Assembly (NCBI GenBank): GCA_964187785.1
Contig: OZ076409.1
Coordinates: forward strand, 32,056,001 to 32,120,000
From: Amphiscolops sp. MND2022
Taxonomy: Eukaryota
Reading direction: 5' to 3'
Length of the DNA: 64,000 nucleotides
The first letter of the stretch is position 1, and each line of letters starts with the position of its first letter. Below, in pieces: positions 51,308 to 64,000 of this stretch. The notes under the pieces are model-generated. The model did not search any database, was not told the DNA's origin, and saw nothing but the letters and a program-made list of their open reading frames with translations. Made by a program: the position numbers and the translations under genes.

Positions 51308-54300
51308 TCACAATAAATGGGCCCGATCACTTATCAGATTTGAAAGATCTTGATGATTCAATTTTTCTTTCAGAGTCCAAATGTTATAGTATATTTCTTC
51401 ATCCCAGAGGGGCTTGCCGTCCGTTTCACTTGTGCTCAATTCTTTATAAAACAAACCAATTAATTTCAAACAAAATATACAAGGACAATCGCCTTTCTGG
51501 GTGTGTTTATCCCATGATAAACTTTGTATTGAATTTAAGTACACAAGCTTGTCATCAAAAGGATTCAAAGCTAGTTTGTTTTGTTTCTCCACACTTAGTT
51601 TGTGTAAATTAGATCTAATTGATTAATTTGTTGCACTTGTTGTTTCGGACATAAACAAACATTGTGTGTAATCTTCACATTTAGGGGCTTTTTGTATTGC
51701 TTTTTGTTTTGCTTTTTGAAAACCATTATAACTAAAAGAATACGACTTCGATCGTAAAGCTGTGAAGCTGTCTAACACCAAAACTGGACTTGTTTCAATT
51801 TTCATTTTTCCTATAACTTTTTTGTTGGTTGGGTTGTACAGTTGATGAGCATTGTCTAGTTCACTGAAATCAAATTCATCTTTATTTTGCTTTAAAAACT
51901 CAATTAAATTTTCCCACCGACTGTCAAAACTAAGAACAAAAGAATCTGTATCCATGTAGTGAAGGTGTACTTTATTTTGCCAATGTGGTTCTAAAGTATT
52001 GTAATAAATTTCATACATTAGTAACTTACTTAGTTCTAAAACTCTAAAACCTAAATAAATTGGTTTATCAAAGACAGTTTTTTCTTATCAAACTTGTACA
52101 CACTAAACACACTGTACCAATCCACAATACCTTTGAAACTTAACTTGGATTGTCTTTTTATTTTTTGCTGTATTTGAGAATGATGAATTTCAGATTAACA
52201 CGGTCGCTTACATTTTCCATAGTCTTACCTAAGAAAGCATTATTCATTAATTTGTACAAGTCTTTTTCGAAGTTTGTTTTTGCTTTTGTGCGTTTTTGGG
52301 TGTTATGATCAATGTATTTTGCTAACCATGGACTTTGCTTGAAGCGGTAGATTGTATGAATGTGTGTTACTTTCATCTCCATTTCAGTGTAAAACTTGAA
52401 CATCCTGTAGTGTATAATATATTTTGGTTTGTTTTTCAGGTCACACACAAGTTTCTGAGTTGGTGTGTAATTGGGTTGTTTTACACTATTCATATAATCT
52501 GAGAAGTACTCTGGATCGACTTTTGTTTGATAAGGACAAAGTGGAAAGTTTTCCGTTTTTTTCTTTAATTTCAGCTGGATATTCTAGATCACATTCAATA
52601 AAGTAGCCAATTTCATTATCATCTGGAATAAATCTCAAATCTTCTACTACTTGTTCTAGTTCATACGGTTGTGGAAAGTATAGTTTTTCAAATGTGCCTG
52701 TAGGAGGGTTTTGACTCATTGCCCATCCATATAGATTATTAGCGTCGATGTACAAAATTTGTTTGTTTTCGTTTGATTCAACAAATCGATCACCCATAAC
52801 ACTTGAAATTTCTCCACGTATATTCTTTTCCAATAACAGTAACAAGTGTTTATCTTCTATAAAGTCTAACTGTATATTAGTCAACTTCAATCCAGCTTTC
52901 CATGCATACCCAGGAGCTGAGAAGGAGTACAATGGATTGATGCCATACTCTTCAGTGGATGTTTGCACAAAGTTCTCAAAGATATCAGTTAGTTGAAGGA
53001 CATCCATTTTTAAGTATAACATAGTAAGTTGTTCAGGTGTTGTAATGTTGTATTTGTCAATTAATTGTTGGGTTCTTTTTATATCATCATCACACGGGTA
53101 AGATTGTGTTAATGTTGACCAATAGTCTTCTTTTGTTAGATTTAATGGTTCTTGGAAATTATAAGATTTATTTTTCATATGGATACGCTAACTTCTTCCT
53201 AAACAAATCATCAATTAAACAATCACTATTCATATACTTAAGAGTATCCAGAGATGCTATAAGTTTTTGTAGACTAGAAGAAAGAAATCGGTATGAATCT
53301 AAAATTCTCAAACAACCTACTTGGACTGATACATAGTTTTCCATTGACTTTGAAATTATCGTTGGATGGTAGTTTTGATTGAAAGATTCGGTTAAGAGTT
53401 GTTCAAAAATTAAATGACAGTCATATCCCGAAAAGTTGTGGAAAAATATGGGAACAAATGAACTTGGCTTTTTTTTACAATTTAAATTACACCTGTTGTG
53501 AGCTGCTCCTCGGTACTTGCCTGTAAGATGATCGTGATCTCGAACTTTTTCACCGGGGGCGCTTTGCGTATCACCGAGTGGTTTTTCGCGTAGTGCTTGT
53601 TCGCAAAGCCAGCATATGATAGATTGTTGAAATGATTCTTCTTCTTCGATTTCAAGAGGAATGTTAGGTTCGAAATTTTCCGATGCAATTTTTTTAAAGT
53701 CAACATTTCGTTTACAAACCAAGCTACACAATCTCTTCCAAAGTATGAGTAGCACTCGTTCCCAAATGGTGAATTTAGATAAAAGCCTACTGCATTTGGA
53801 ATTTGTTTGAATAATACTTTGGGCGCAGCTTCGCGGTCTTCTGTTGGTTGATTAGAACATTCAAAATCTGCATATACACTTATTGGTACAGGAACTTCCA
53901 TATGATAATCTTCGAACTTTAAGTGATCCTTCCAACTGAATGTAATATCAGTTGGTTGTTGTTTTTGACAACGGTCAATGTGTTGATTGAGAATATCCTC
54001 AGAACTAAATGCAGTTAGACATCTTCTACACACCCATTTCATGTGTGAACTTTTATTTATTAGACAAAGCAACTTTGTAATTAGGCAATAACGATTTTCA
54101 AATAGCAGAAAGGCAGTTGGTGGTTGTAAGTAATTTTTGTTAACATGAATTGGTGTTAATACTGTTCCAGTGAGTTCAAAAACATTTACGTTTAAATTAT
54201 TCAAGTTATCAAACTTGGGAATGTCTTTAACTTTCATAGGGAATTCTAATCCTTTCAGGTTGAGTTTGATCATATGCATTGAATAACTTGATGTTCTATT

Positions 54301-55108
54301 TTTATGATCCTCAACGGGACAAAGTTGTGCTAGGATGCACCATAGAAAACAATATTGATCATCATTTTTTATAATTATAATTGATTTATTATTCTTATAT
54401 TTTTCTGGCAACTCAATGTATGACGAAGCTTGAAGATCATTGACGTTATATATTTCTAATAGAACATTGACAATACCGTTTAACACAAAACCTGATCCTT
54501 CTAATTGTTCATCATCTAATTTCTGCATTAATGTGTTATGAATTGTATGATTTGTGTCGAATGTGCTTTGTATGTGATTATAATTAAAATCTGATTTAAC
54601 CCATTTGTGAAATACATTTTTTTCTCCATTAACTATTTTTGAAAACTTAGCTGAATAACTCAATTGATATTTATATCGGGGAAAGTAATTTTTATCTAGT
54701 AGTTCATTTATGTAATGTTCAAGATTTTGCGAAGCTACGCCAGTTGTATTTACTCTCAGTTTATTGTTTGTTTTTTCATTCACAATTTCTTCCACACCCG
54801 ATAAAGTTTTCACATCAAAGCGTGGAAGGCTGTGTACGAGGCTGCGTGGGCTTTGTGAATTTCACTTTGGAAATGTGTTGTTTTATCATTTATGTATTTA
54901 CCACAATCTTCACACCAAACTTGCCCTGTTTAGTTTTGTTCTTGTATTGGTCTGAACCTAAATGATTTGACTTGTCTGATAGGGGCATAAATTTATTACA
55001 TTTTTTACAATAATATCGATTTAATTTTTCTAAATGTTTTACTGATTTTAGATGATCAGACTTGAAAGCTTTTTTATAATCAGAATTAAAAATACTACAG
55101 TTCTCCAA
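51308..55108 (-). pseudogene. polB: Protein-primed family B DNA polymerase
   Basis: Exonuclease YADFE, FHNFSGYD; EndoVII-like zinc insert CWLC...VRDHDHLTGKYRGAAHNRCN; polymerase YIDANNLYG, KLMNN..GKT, YMDTDS; N-terminal zinc fingers; many frameshifts. Confidence 0.96.
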
Positions 55109-55251
55109 TTATTTACAATAAATTTACGAATTTAATAGCAGTATATTTTTCAATAGTATATTTTTTAATTAGGAGCGTTAATTTTTGTTTTACTTTTTAT
55201 GTTAAAATTGAACAAATTAATTATAAACAATTGTATGGCTTACGCGATGGC

Positions 55252-55851
55252 TTATGCGATGGTATATGCGATGTCAGTGTTGTAGTCGGTGTTGTTGTAT
55301 CGCGAAGCTGTGCGCGTAGCTTTGCACGCTTGTTTGTTATAGTTTGTGATTGTGAAGCTATGCGATAAATTTCCATGTTCACAAATCGGCGATTTTTTTT
55401 CATCTATGTGATTATTTTTTAGGCTAGTGGCAAATATTTGTCTTAAGTCATCAAGTGTCTTCTGAATAATAGCGTACTTGAGTTTATAATTTTGCTCCTT
55501 TTTCTTCAAATAACTGGAACAAATTTTAACAAGAATACCAGTTGCACAACCAACTCCTGCAGTGATTGGAACAACTATAATTCCCACACCAGTAATACTT
55601 AGTGTAACGGATGCTGAAGTTGTTCCTATTTTTATAAGACCATCTGTCGAGTTAATTATGTTATTTATTAGCTTGCATTTGGTGAATTTTTTCTTGTATT
55701 TCTTTTCTTCCAATTCATAGTATTTCATCATTAGACTAATGTTTTGAATAGAATTATTGAAACTAGATACTTTTTGTAATTGTTTATTTATCATTGATTC
55801 TACATCATTCGGTGCAGAGGGGGTCATTGAGGGATAGATATTTTCTTCCAT
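55252..55851 (-). CDS. Polinton membrane-associated protein (hydrophobic hairpin between basic helices)
   Basis: TTSASVTLSITGVGIIVVPITAGVGCATGILV hydrophobic segment; N-terminal PSAP motif. Confidence 0.55.
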   Translation of the reverse strand: MEENIYPSMTPSAPNDVESMINKQLQKVSSFNNSIQNISLMMKYYELEEKKYKKKFTKCKLINNIINSTDGLIKIGTTSASVTLSITGVGIIVVPITAGVGCATGILVKICSSYLKKKEQNYKLKYAIIQKTLDDLRQIFATSLKNNHIDEKKSPICEHGNLSHSFTITNYNKQACKATRTASRYNNTDYNTDIAYTIA

Positions 55852-55976
55852 TTATTAATCATATAAAATGAAATTTATTTCCGTTGGCGTTAATTTCATT
55901 CTGTGTTTCATATCAACAAGGTCGTTATAGGAATCTTTTTTCAATGACTTCAAAATACTTTCTCTGGTAGAATATT

Positions 55977-56303
55977 CTAAATCAGACAGATAATATTCAT
56001 CATCTGAAGTAGGTATTGTTTTTCTGAAAACTGGGAATAAATATCATTGATTAACTTTGTGTTTAATAAAACATTTTGAACTTCCTGTGGGTCTAGTATT
56101 TGGTCTAGCATTTTTTTTGTTAATTTCCCTCGATTTTCTATGTCATTTTCAAAATCGCGTTGCAAATCTTCTTTTAATTTGGAATGGGTTATTTGGGCTA
56201 ATTTTTCTTGACTTTTTATCATATCTTTTAGGTCCTGATATTCCCTCAGTTTTAGCTGTTCACTAGAATAACCAAACTTATGAAGAGACGGAGTTTCATA
56301 CAT
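55977..56303 (-). CDS. Hypothetical Polinton protein
   Basis: 108-aa ORF starting at TAAATG just inside the right TIR. Confidence 0.45.
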   Translation of the reverse strand: MYETPSLHKFGYSSEQLKLREYQDLKDMIKSQEKLAQITHSKLKEDLQRDFENDIENRGKLTKKMLDQILDPQEVQNVLLNTKLINDIYSQFSEKQYLLQMMNIICLI

Positions 56304-56321
56304 TTATTAGGATGAAAAAGT

Positions 56322-57005
56322 TGAAAAATGCAAAACCCATAGGCATGCTCATTAGCTTATGCATTGGCACGTGCATTGGCATACCTATGGTAAACTCAAA
56401 GCCCATCGGGACTCCGTTTCACTAAGAGTTTCCACAGCAGGGATTATCCTTTTTAAGAACTGTGCCATTGGTGATTATTCTCCCATAGCATGTAAGTTAT
56501 AACAAAGACTGAGGGACGTTGGTTAGAAGTGAACCCCAAACACTTCGGCCGAAGCCTTAACTTTAGTCAATGCTATAACCACTAAGCTATAGGAGACGAA
56601 TCAATGTTAGTTTTATTTGTATAAATACCGAACGGAGGATTTGTATGGTAGAAATTCATTTTGCAAAGCTGCATCAATTTGCATTACACACAGTCCGGTA
56701 CAGCAACGCTGGCTGTACATTAACGTTGACTGTACATTAACGTTGACTCTATATTAACGCTGACTGTACATTAACGCTGGCTGTACATTAACGTTGGTTG
56801 TACATTAACGTTGGTTGTACAATAATGCTGGCTGTACAGCAACGTGTTATTATTACACATTGCATCATAGAGGTTAGTGAATTTTTGCTTCAACGTGTTA
56901 TTTTTGATGATATGGATATGTATTGAAAATATGTTTATTTTTAATGATTATATGAACTTGAATTTTTTTGGTTGCTTGGCCCGAATCGGCATTTCGCTAA
57001 CTACT
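56322..57005 (-). repeat. Right terminal inverted repeat
   Basis: Matches the left TIR but has more copies of an 18-bp unit (CTGTACATTAACGTTG..) at ~56695-56845. Confidence 0.95.
56505..56597 (-). ncRNA. tRNA-like / Pol III-type unit in the right TIR
   Basis: Second copy of 42944-43035. Confidence 0.4.
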
Positions 57006-59289
57006 CACAGAACTTTTTCCAAGTCATCAAAAAGGTAAGAAATTCGATTTGACAATAAAGAGGGAGATATTTGTGCTTTTTAATTGTTGTTCATAGCCTT
57101 CGGTTTAAGTAACCAACAAAAATAGGATTCCTGAAAAAAAACTTTTCCGCGAAATAGTCGAAGACGTAACATTAGGAACTCCATTTCAGAGTATATGGAA
57201 CCATAAAAAAGTTCAATATCGATTTTCTTTGAGGAAGTGTTTTGTATGGAATACAATATACAAACGTGGATGAAAAGAATGCTTTCTATGCTCTAGCGAG
57301 TTGTTTCCGAACATGATTGGGCGATTTCATGTTCTTAGCTATGAAACCACCTCTGTCTTTTTGAACTAGCACTTTTTCCAACAGCTCAGTGGAGTTTAGG
57401 TAAAGCACAGGTTTGCAAGCTAGATGTGAAGAAACAATCTGGGAAGAAAAAAAAACGTGAGAGCGTCACGAAGAAGATAATCAAAATGGTTACAATTACT
57501 ATAATTTCAAAATTGGCGGTGACATACCATACTCAATAAAAAAGTGATTCGATACAGAAATTCATGTTCTGACGAGCGAATTTGATATTATATCGATATT
57601 TTGTCAAAACATCAGTAAATCAATAATCGATATCGATATTGACATTTTGTAAAGGGTAACTACAACGGGTCAACAACGAATCCCTTGAGAACCGCTCCAA
57701 CAATGTCAACGGAATTGTATGAATGATTATCAGTTTTGTCAAATTGAAATCGGCCATCCAGATAAGTCGACAAAAGACTTATGAAGCTCAAATCAAAACC
57801 ACGTTTTTGTACTTTAATGAAATGGACAAGTTGGGGAACAATGACAAACGGTTTTCGTAGACCAAGTATACAGTATGGAAATATTATCGACGTCTTCTTT
57901 GCTTGTGCATTTTCTTTGCAATCAGTAAACGGTATTACCGAAATTTTTCTGATTGAAAACCAGAATACTTTGGGTGTATTTGCAAATGAACTATGGTATA
58001 CATGTACCTGAAGTGTAACCTTTCGAATAGTACAGAGCATTTTGGAAGAAGATTAATGAGGCGCAAACTGGAAAGACGACTTCGCGCTCAAGTTTTGAAT
58101 TAAGTTCTGATGAGAACACTCTTCTATAAGACATGATGATAGCATCTAGTGACAATCATTGAGCTAAAAAGAGAATAGATTGCGAAAAAAACAGTTGCAA
58201 AAACATCAAGACGACCTTTTAATCTTTCAGGAGGGAAACAACTAATGTCATAATTGCTGATTCTTTTCTTTCCACTATCAGTTGCGTGATCGTAGAATCA
58301 TAGAAGGATTGCAAGCTGAAAAATGTCACCCGGCTTGATTAAGTTATCATATTCATGAATCGCAGCATGGGAATGTTGAGTATTGAAATTTTTCGAGAAA
58401 TGAATAACAAACGCACTTGCTATCTGCGAAAGATAGGATATAAGTTCGGTTTCAAGATATTCAGCAGAGTAAAACACATTTTTGAGAAAATTTTTGAGTT
58501 TCTGCATCGTTTGGGAAGTTTAGTAGAACGGTTTATCTAGACGCTTTTTACTTTCTCTTCCGGAAGCAAATCGTTACTGTGCGCAAATGGTTATAAAAAT
58601 CCGCCACATTCGAATCAGTCGGATTGTGCACGAAAGCGAAATTATTCACGATTTCACAAAGGACACCAGATTTGAATGATTCGAGAATGAATTTTCCAAA
58701 AAGTCAACTGAGATTCTTTTCAAAGCTCAAAAAATTGGATGATGGTTACTGAAGCGATCAGTCCTGACTGGAAATTTCGATTTTGAACCGAGATCTTCCG
58801 ATATAATGATATATCGATAATCGAATTTGATATTAACATATTGAACTGGGAGATTTTTGATTTTGAAATCGATATCAAAGCTTTTTGGGCCGATTGGTTC
58901 AATTTTATCAAATTTTACTAACAATTCCGATATTTTCGAAAACGTTCAGGTACGTAACGTTCAAACCAAAAAGAGTTGTTTGTGAAAACTATCTGGATTG
59001 CTGTCAAACAAACACCTGTTGAATGCACGTGTCTGTTGACCTTGTGTTCAGTTGTTTTGAAGATTGGAAGTGACAAATAATCGGAATTGTTCCACGAACA
59101 TACCGAGTGACGTTGAAGAAGCAACTATCAGTGCATCTATTCCATCCGCTACTCAGCCTGCCGTTACGGAGGTAACATTTGATGACTGGTGGGTTTCGGG
59201 AAAGAAATTAGAAGCCAAAAATCGTTTCTGGTCGAGTACGTCACTGGGAGACCAACGAGGCGAATAAAATGCGACCAACACACTAATCA

Positions 59290-60190
59290 TGCCGGCCGCT
59301 ACCCCAGTAAACTGGTTGACCAAGGTGAAAGAAAATTGCGATGATGAACTGGTTTTAAAAAAATGTGAAGAAAAATTCAATGCTCTCGCCAAAAGAAGCC
59401 TGTACTTCCATGGCCACCGGTTGGAAAAGGTGTCCATTGTCTATCAATTTGCAATTCCGCACTATTTTACGTGCTTCAGCCGCGGTGGGTTGGATCCAGA
59501 GTTGCCTAAGGAGCCTTGAGTCAGGCAACTGAGTGCAAGAGCATCCACAACCGTGACATCCCTCACCAGATGTTTACCGACTTCATGGTAACAACGTCTG
59601 GGAGTTTGCCGTCAGTTCGGTTCAGTCCACGCGGCCCGAGCTTTGAAAGAAAGTCCAGAGATCATAACTTCTGCTGCATGAGAGAATTGAAGGTAGCATG
59701 GCATGAGAAGCGACCAGCAGTGTTGGAGCAAGAAAAAGCGTGTGAACCGACCTGTTCAGCTTTTTTACCACAGTTGTACGTTGCGCAACACATATGTTAT
59801 CACCGAGACATAAACCACTCGAACTCCAAAGATTCTGATCATCACCTTTCAGGCATTGGTTCTTGTAAGGAACAGCGTTCAGCCACTGAGACCGGCATTA
59901 TCCTTGTTGAGCGTTGAAAACTTGCGAACGTTTGTCATCATTTGTACACCGTTTAATGTAGAGAGGTTGGGTCCCAATCTTCTGGGTTGCATTGTGAGGT
60001 TTTTCCTGTTCATTTCTCACTCAGCCATTTCTAAAGCACGTTTGTCACCTTTTCGTCAATCGTTGTCAATCGAACTAAAAGCTCAGGCTAAAAAGGCGAA
60101 TTGGACGAAACCCCAAGACCACCCATATCAGCAAGCAAAGAGCCGGCTGAGTGCTCAAGCTATCGTCAAAGGTCACGTTACGCACTTTTG
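59290..60190 (-). mobile_element. Relic of a restriction-like-endonuclease (CRE-like) non-LTR retrotransposon, C-terminal part
   Basis: Minus strand gives HAFSC...AGRF..H, RTDGKLPD, DVTVVDALA and FQPVAMEVQASFG; heavily decayed. Confidence 0.7.
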
Positions 60191-61289
60191 AAAGCCCCTG
60201 TGTACTGTTTTGTCGAATTTTTCCGAGAGAGCTGGATGATTAAAACGTGTACTGGTTCTCAAGAAGTACAAAAACTTTGGAGGACTGAAGCAAATGTTCA
60301 ATATAAAAAACCATAATGCGCAACCAGATTTCAAGCTTTTCATTAATTTTGTTCAGTACTATAACTTGATTTTCTAATAGGTCTGTCTGTAATTGGGACC
60401 GAGCAGTGCACCAAGATAAGATTGATACGCTCATCTTTCGTTAGTGTTTTGATCTAGAGCAGATTTGTTGCGAAGATGCTAAACGTGTCGACAGTCATTT
60501 CGCACTGATATCACTAAGGAAAAAATCAATTTTTATGGATTTACATTGGTTTACAGCGTTTATTCAGCTTCAACTCTTCGTTAAACGGTTCATTTAAGAT
60601 CACATAGATTTGCATCATCGAGGTACCAGAAGTTTCATTCCGCCTCCAAATTGTTAATCAGATCCTGAATGAATTCTGAAAACAAAACTGGAAAGTGAGG
60701 TTGTCTCTTTCTTGAGTCTTTTCACAGTTTTTGATTACTGAATCGCTGTAAAGAAGACAAATTGGCTGACTGTACGCCCGGTGTGAGTATTTAACACTTC
60801 AGGTAAAAACAAAAAGAAGTTATGGTATTTAATAGGTTGTTTTTAGCCATTTTTTGAGCTAGGATGCTAAGTCAAGTAATGGCTAAATACAACTTTTCGA
60901 GGACCATAGCTGCCTTATATTGTTACCAATTATTACAAAAATTAGGCAAATTTGTTGTATGACTTGGTAGCTTCGCTCCCTCCGTCAAGTAGCAACGTTG
61001 AGGCACGGCAAAATGAGCGTCGTTACGTTTCCCTTTGCTCCTGTATTAAGGGCACTAGGGGTATGTGAGCACATCTGACTACGTTAAAAAAATAATTTCG
61101 ACAAAACATGTCACGTTTTTTCAACTTAGGGACTTTACGCCAAATGGTATCAAGCCAAGTGACCAATTACTAGATCATTTGGCTCCAAAAATGAAGCCAA
61201 GAGACCAAGTGCATTCAACCAATTGACTTTGGGCCTAATGACTTTAAAGCATTTCTTTCCTCCACTTTTTAGATCCCTTCAAAATCAAA

Positions 61290-63090
61290 TCAACGCCATT
61301 CAATCTGTCCAGAGGCAGCAATACCTTCTTTTCGAAGGAAGGTACTGCTACACAGGGGTAAACTGGCTTTAGCTATGACTATGTATGGAATCGCAATCAT
61401 CTTACAACTGATGAAAAATGTAGTCCCTCCCAATAAATGGCAGAAGTAGTACGCTGAAGATGGAAATGTCGTTGGAGATCTTCCAACGGTGAGAAGACTA
61501 TACGACGATCTCAAAGTTTAGGACCTGATTCCGGATACCACTGAATCAAATGCCCTCTGATTATTCGATATGACAAAGTTGAAACTGCATTTGAATTTTT
61601 TTTGCGAATCAAGACTTTGCTCTGATGGATGTGCATAGAGTGCTCCGCTCGACCATATGATGTGACACGGCGTGTGTTTCCTTCATTGTCGACAGAAACA
61701 AAAAACGAAATTGTTAAACTGATCAAAAAGCTAGCTGATCAGTCCAAAGTACCTCCACGATCCGTTTACAAAACATATTCACACGGAGTTCAGCATAAGA
61801 AAACCTTCACTAGAACCACGCAGGTTAGCGAGTGTTTGATGCGGAACACTGAGAAAACAACCATTGATGAATTGTTCCCGAAAATGCTTGGCGAAAATGT
61901 AGATCAGAATCTTTCGAAAAGCCTTTTCATTAGCGATGAAAGACGGTGGTCTAAAAAGTTGGATACCTGATGACCGAACACTTGAGTATGCCCGCTCAAA
62001 AAGAAGGACAGACACATTTCTTGAAAACGATGCCGTACCAAAATCAACATGTCAAACTGCAATAGTTTAGTCAATTCAATTAGAAAGCCAAAACTTGCTG
62101 AAAATGAAACGAAGCCACTTGATTGATGAATTGTGTGACAAACAAAAACTATCACTCAAACAAACATCAGAACAAGATCGTCAATTCGGATTCACGTCCT
62201 ACCGTTGTTACGTTTCAACTAATCTAAATCTCAAATAAGAGATGGAAACGCTTTCAGGTACGGGTGGGACCCCTACTTCCTTCCGACTGTATGTGCGGCG
62301 AAAAATGAATGGTTTCGCTCGCGATGCTTTGTCCCAAAGCTGGGTACACTCATGTAAGGCACAATGGAGTCAGAGATGAAACAGCCAGTTTGATGGACAA
62401 GGTGTGCTACGACGTATCAATCGAACCAAAACTCCCACTGTTACAAATTGAACGCTTTCATAACAAAACCACAACCAGAGAAAAAGCGGCTCGAGTCGAA
62501 ATCAAAGCGATCGGACTTTGGGAGTCAATTTTTATCAGAATATTTTTTTCGACGTCAAGGTCTTCAACCCGCATGCTAAATCACACCCCAAAAGAATCGC
62601 AATCGCGAACAAAGTCTCCACGAAGTGATAAAAAAGTAATTATGAATAGCCCCTGGTCAAAAACAGGAAGAGCACGTTCTGTTCGCTGATTTTTCCATGT
62701 ACTGGAAAGGCACTGGACCGACGTGTAGTTTAGCCATGCGCCATGCCTCTATTTTGCTACTTGGCGAAACGTGCGAAGCGACTTGCGCCATACACAAAGT
62801 TGCTACAGGTTTCGTGAAATTTAACGTTTCCGAAACGTCTCGGTAAAAATGCAATGAGTTAGAATGAACTTGGCTCAACTTTGTGGTCTATTGGTTTTAA
62901 AATCTTAGGCCAAATGAGTTGACAAAAAATGATCCAAGTAAATTGTGACCGGTCCATAAGCGACCAGTGCGACAAAAAGACTCACCAGCTTGATCAGCGA
63001 CAAGAGAAACGAGCCATACGCAGATGTTGTTTCATACATCAGAAGGAAACTGAGCTACGCCCTGAGAACCAATGTTCTGTGAATAAGGGG
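61290..63090 (+). mobile_element. Relic of a second CRE-like non-LTR retrotransposon
   Basis: LAMTMYGIAII, QK*YAEDG (decayed YADD), CPKAGYTHVRHNGVRD, VSIEPKL, FDVKVFNPHAKS. Confidence 0.75.
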
Positions 63091-63595
63091 CTGAAGATCA
63101 CTGAATTTAACGACTTTACAAGAAATTGAACAAATACTCTCTGTGAGTTTACAAGACGGAAAAGTAACAGCGAGTAATTGATGTATGTAGTGCTTTGCAA
63201 CTCAAGAACACCGAAGTAAAAATTGAAAAATTCTGTTTTTACTATTTTGTTGCCAAGCACGCCAATGCCAAATGTTAATTATAATCTTCAATTTTTTGTA
63301 TGCATAAATGTATATGGAACGAACTTTTTTAATATAGACAAAGTATAGACTATTCTTCTTTTATTGAAATCAAGTTATGTGTAAAATGACTGAACCAAGT
63401 GACCGTTTACCCTTCGAAGTGTTGAAAATTGAAATGTGTGAGGGCAATGTTTCTCCTGAACAAGGTTTTTCTATGACTGCTGCCAGTGGATGTTTTTCAA
63501 GCAAAGTTTGATTCACGTTTGCTGTCGAATTGTTTTAGGGAGAGAACATGACCTTTTTGTGCTTCATCGAGACTACTTAAAGTCTTTTTGGAAGT

Positions 63596-64000
63596 TATAC
63601 TATACTATACTATACTATACTATACTATACTATACTATACTATACTATACTATACTATACTATACTATACTATACTATACTATACTATACTATACTATAC
63701 TATACTATACTATACTATACTATACTATACTATACTATACTATACTATACTATACTATACTATACTATACTATACTATACTATACTATACTATACTATAC
63801 TATACTATACTATACTATACTATACTATACTATACTATACTATACTATACTATACTATACTATACTATACTATACTATACTATACTATACTATACTATAC
63901 TATACTATACTATACTATACTATACTATACTATACTATACTATACTATACTATACTTTACTATACTATACTACACTATACTATGCTATACTATACTATAC
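63596..64000. repeat. (TATAC)n microsatellite, running off the window
   Basis: About 81 tandem pentamers with a few variants near the end. Confidence 0.99.

Larger units (their letters stand above)
42610..57005. mobile_element. Polinton/Maverick (adintovirus-like) endogenous element, complete but decayed
   Basis: 6-bp TSD CACAGA (42604-42609, 57006-57011); long TIRs starting A(G/A)TAGTTAGCG; pPolB, retroviral-type integrase, cysteine protease, ATPases and capsid genes. Confidence 0.96.

Noticed and set aside
56695..56845. CRISPR-like array
   Set aside because: Tandem 18-bp units with no unique spacers, inside a Polinton TIR in eukaryotic DNA; no cas genes.
58100..58135. Hammerhead ribozyme at CTGATGAG
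   Set aside because: Could not find the matching GAAA core and stems.
63596..64000. Telomere
   Set aside because: TATAC is not a G-rich telomeric unit; it is an ordinary microsatellite.

Overview
Eukaryotic (invertebrate animal) genomic window made almost entirely of mobile DNA around one host gene. The host gene is an innexin: four + strand exons at 12574-30234, with the 5' exons not found in the window. Mobile elements in order: (1) a 5'-truncated, decayed Ty3/Gypsy element (1-~10885) carrying an antisense, apparently spliced gene that resembles a catalytically dead hAT transposase; (2) a 14 kb Gypsy element with 725-bp LTRs (14318-28348) inside an innexin intron, with macrodomain-like cargo; (3) a 4.8 kb Gypsy element with 141-bp LTRs and a 5-bp TSD (31489-36299, minus) whose primer-binding site is complementary to its own LTR; (4) two abutting perfect palindromes (39595-40380); (5) a probable solo LTR; (6) a complete but decayed 14.4 kb Polinton/Maverick (adintovirus-like) element (42610-57005). 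The Polinton has a 6-bp TSD, ~0.6-0.7 kb TIRs, pPolB, integrase, protease, capsid genes and two packaging ATPases. It also has a tRNA-like unit in each TIR, a dispersed 12-bp palindromic motif and TAAATG gene starts. The window ends with two CRE-like non-LTR relics and a (TATAC)n microsatellite. All family assignments are by-eye motif recognition; no searches were run.
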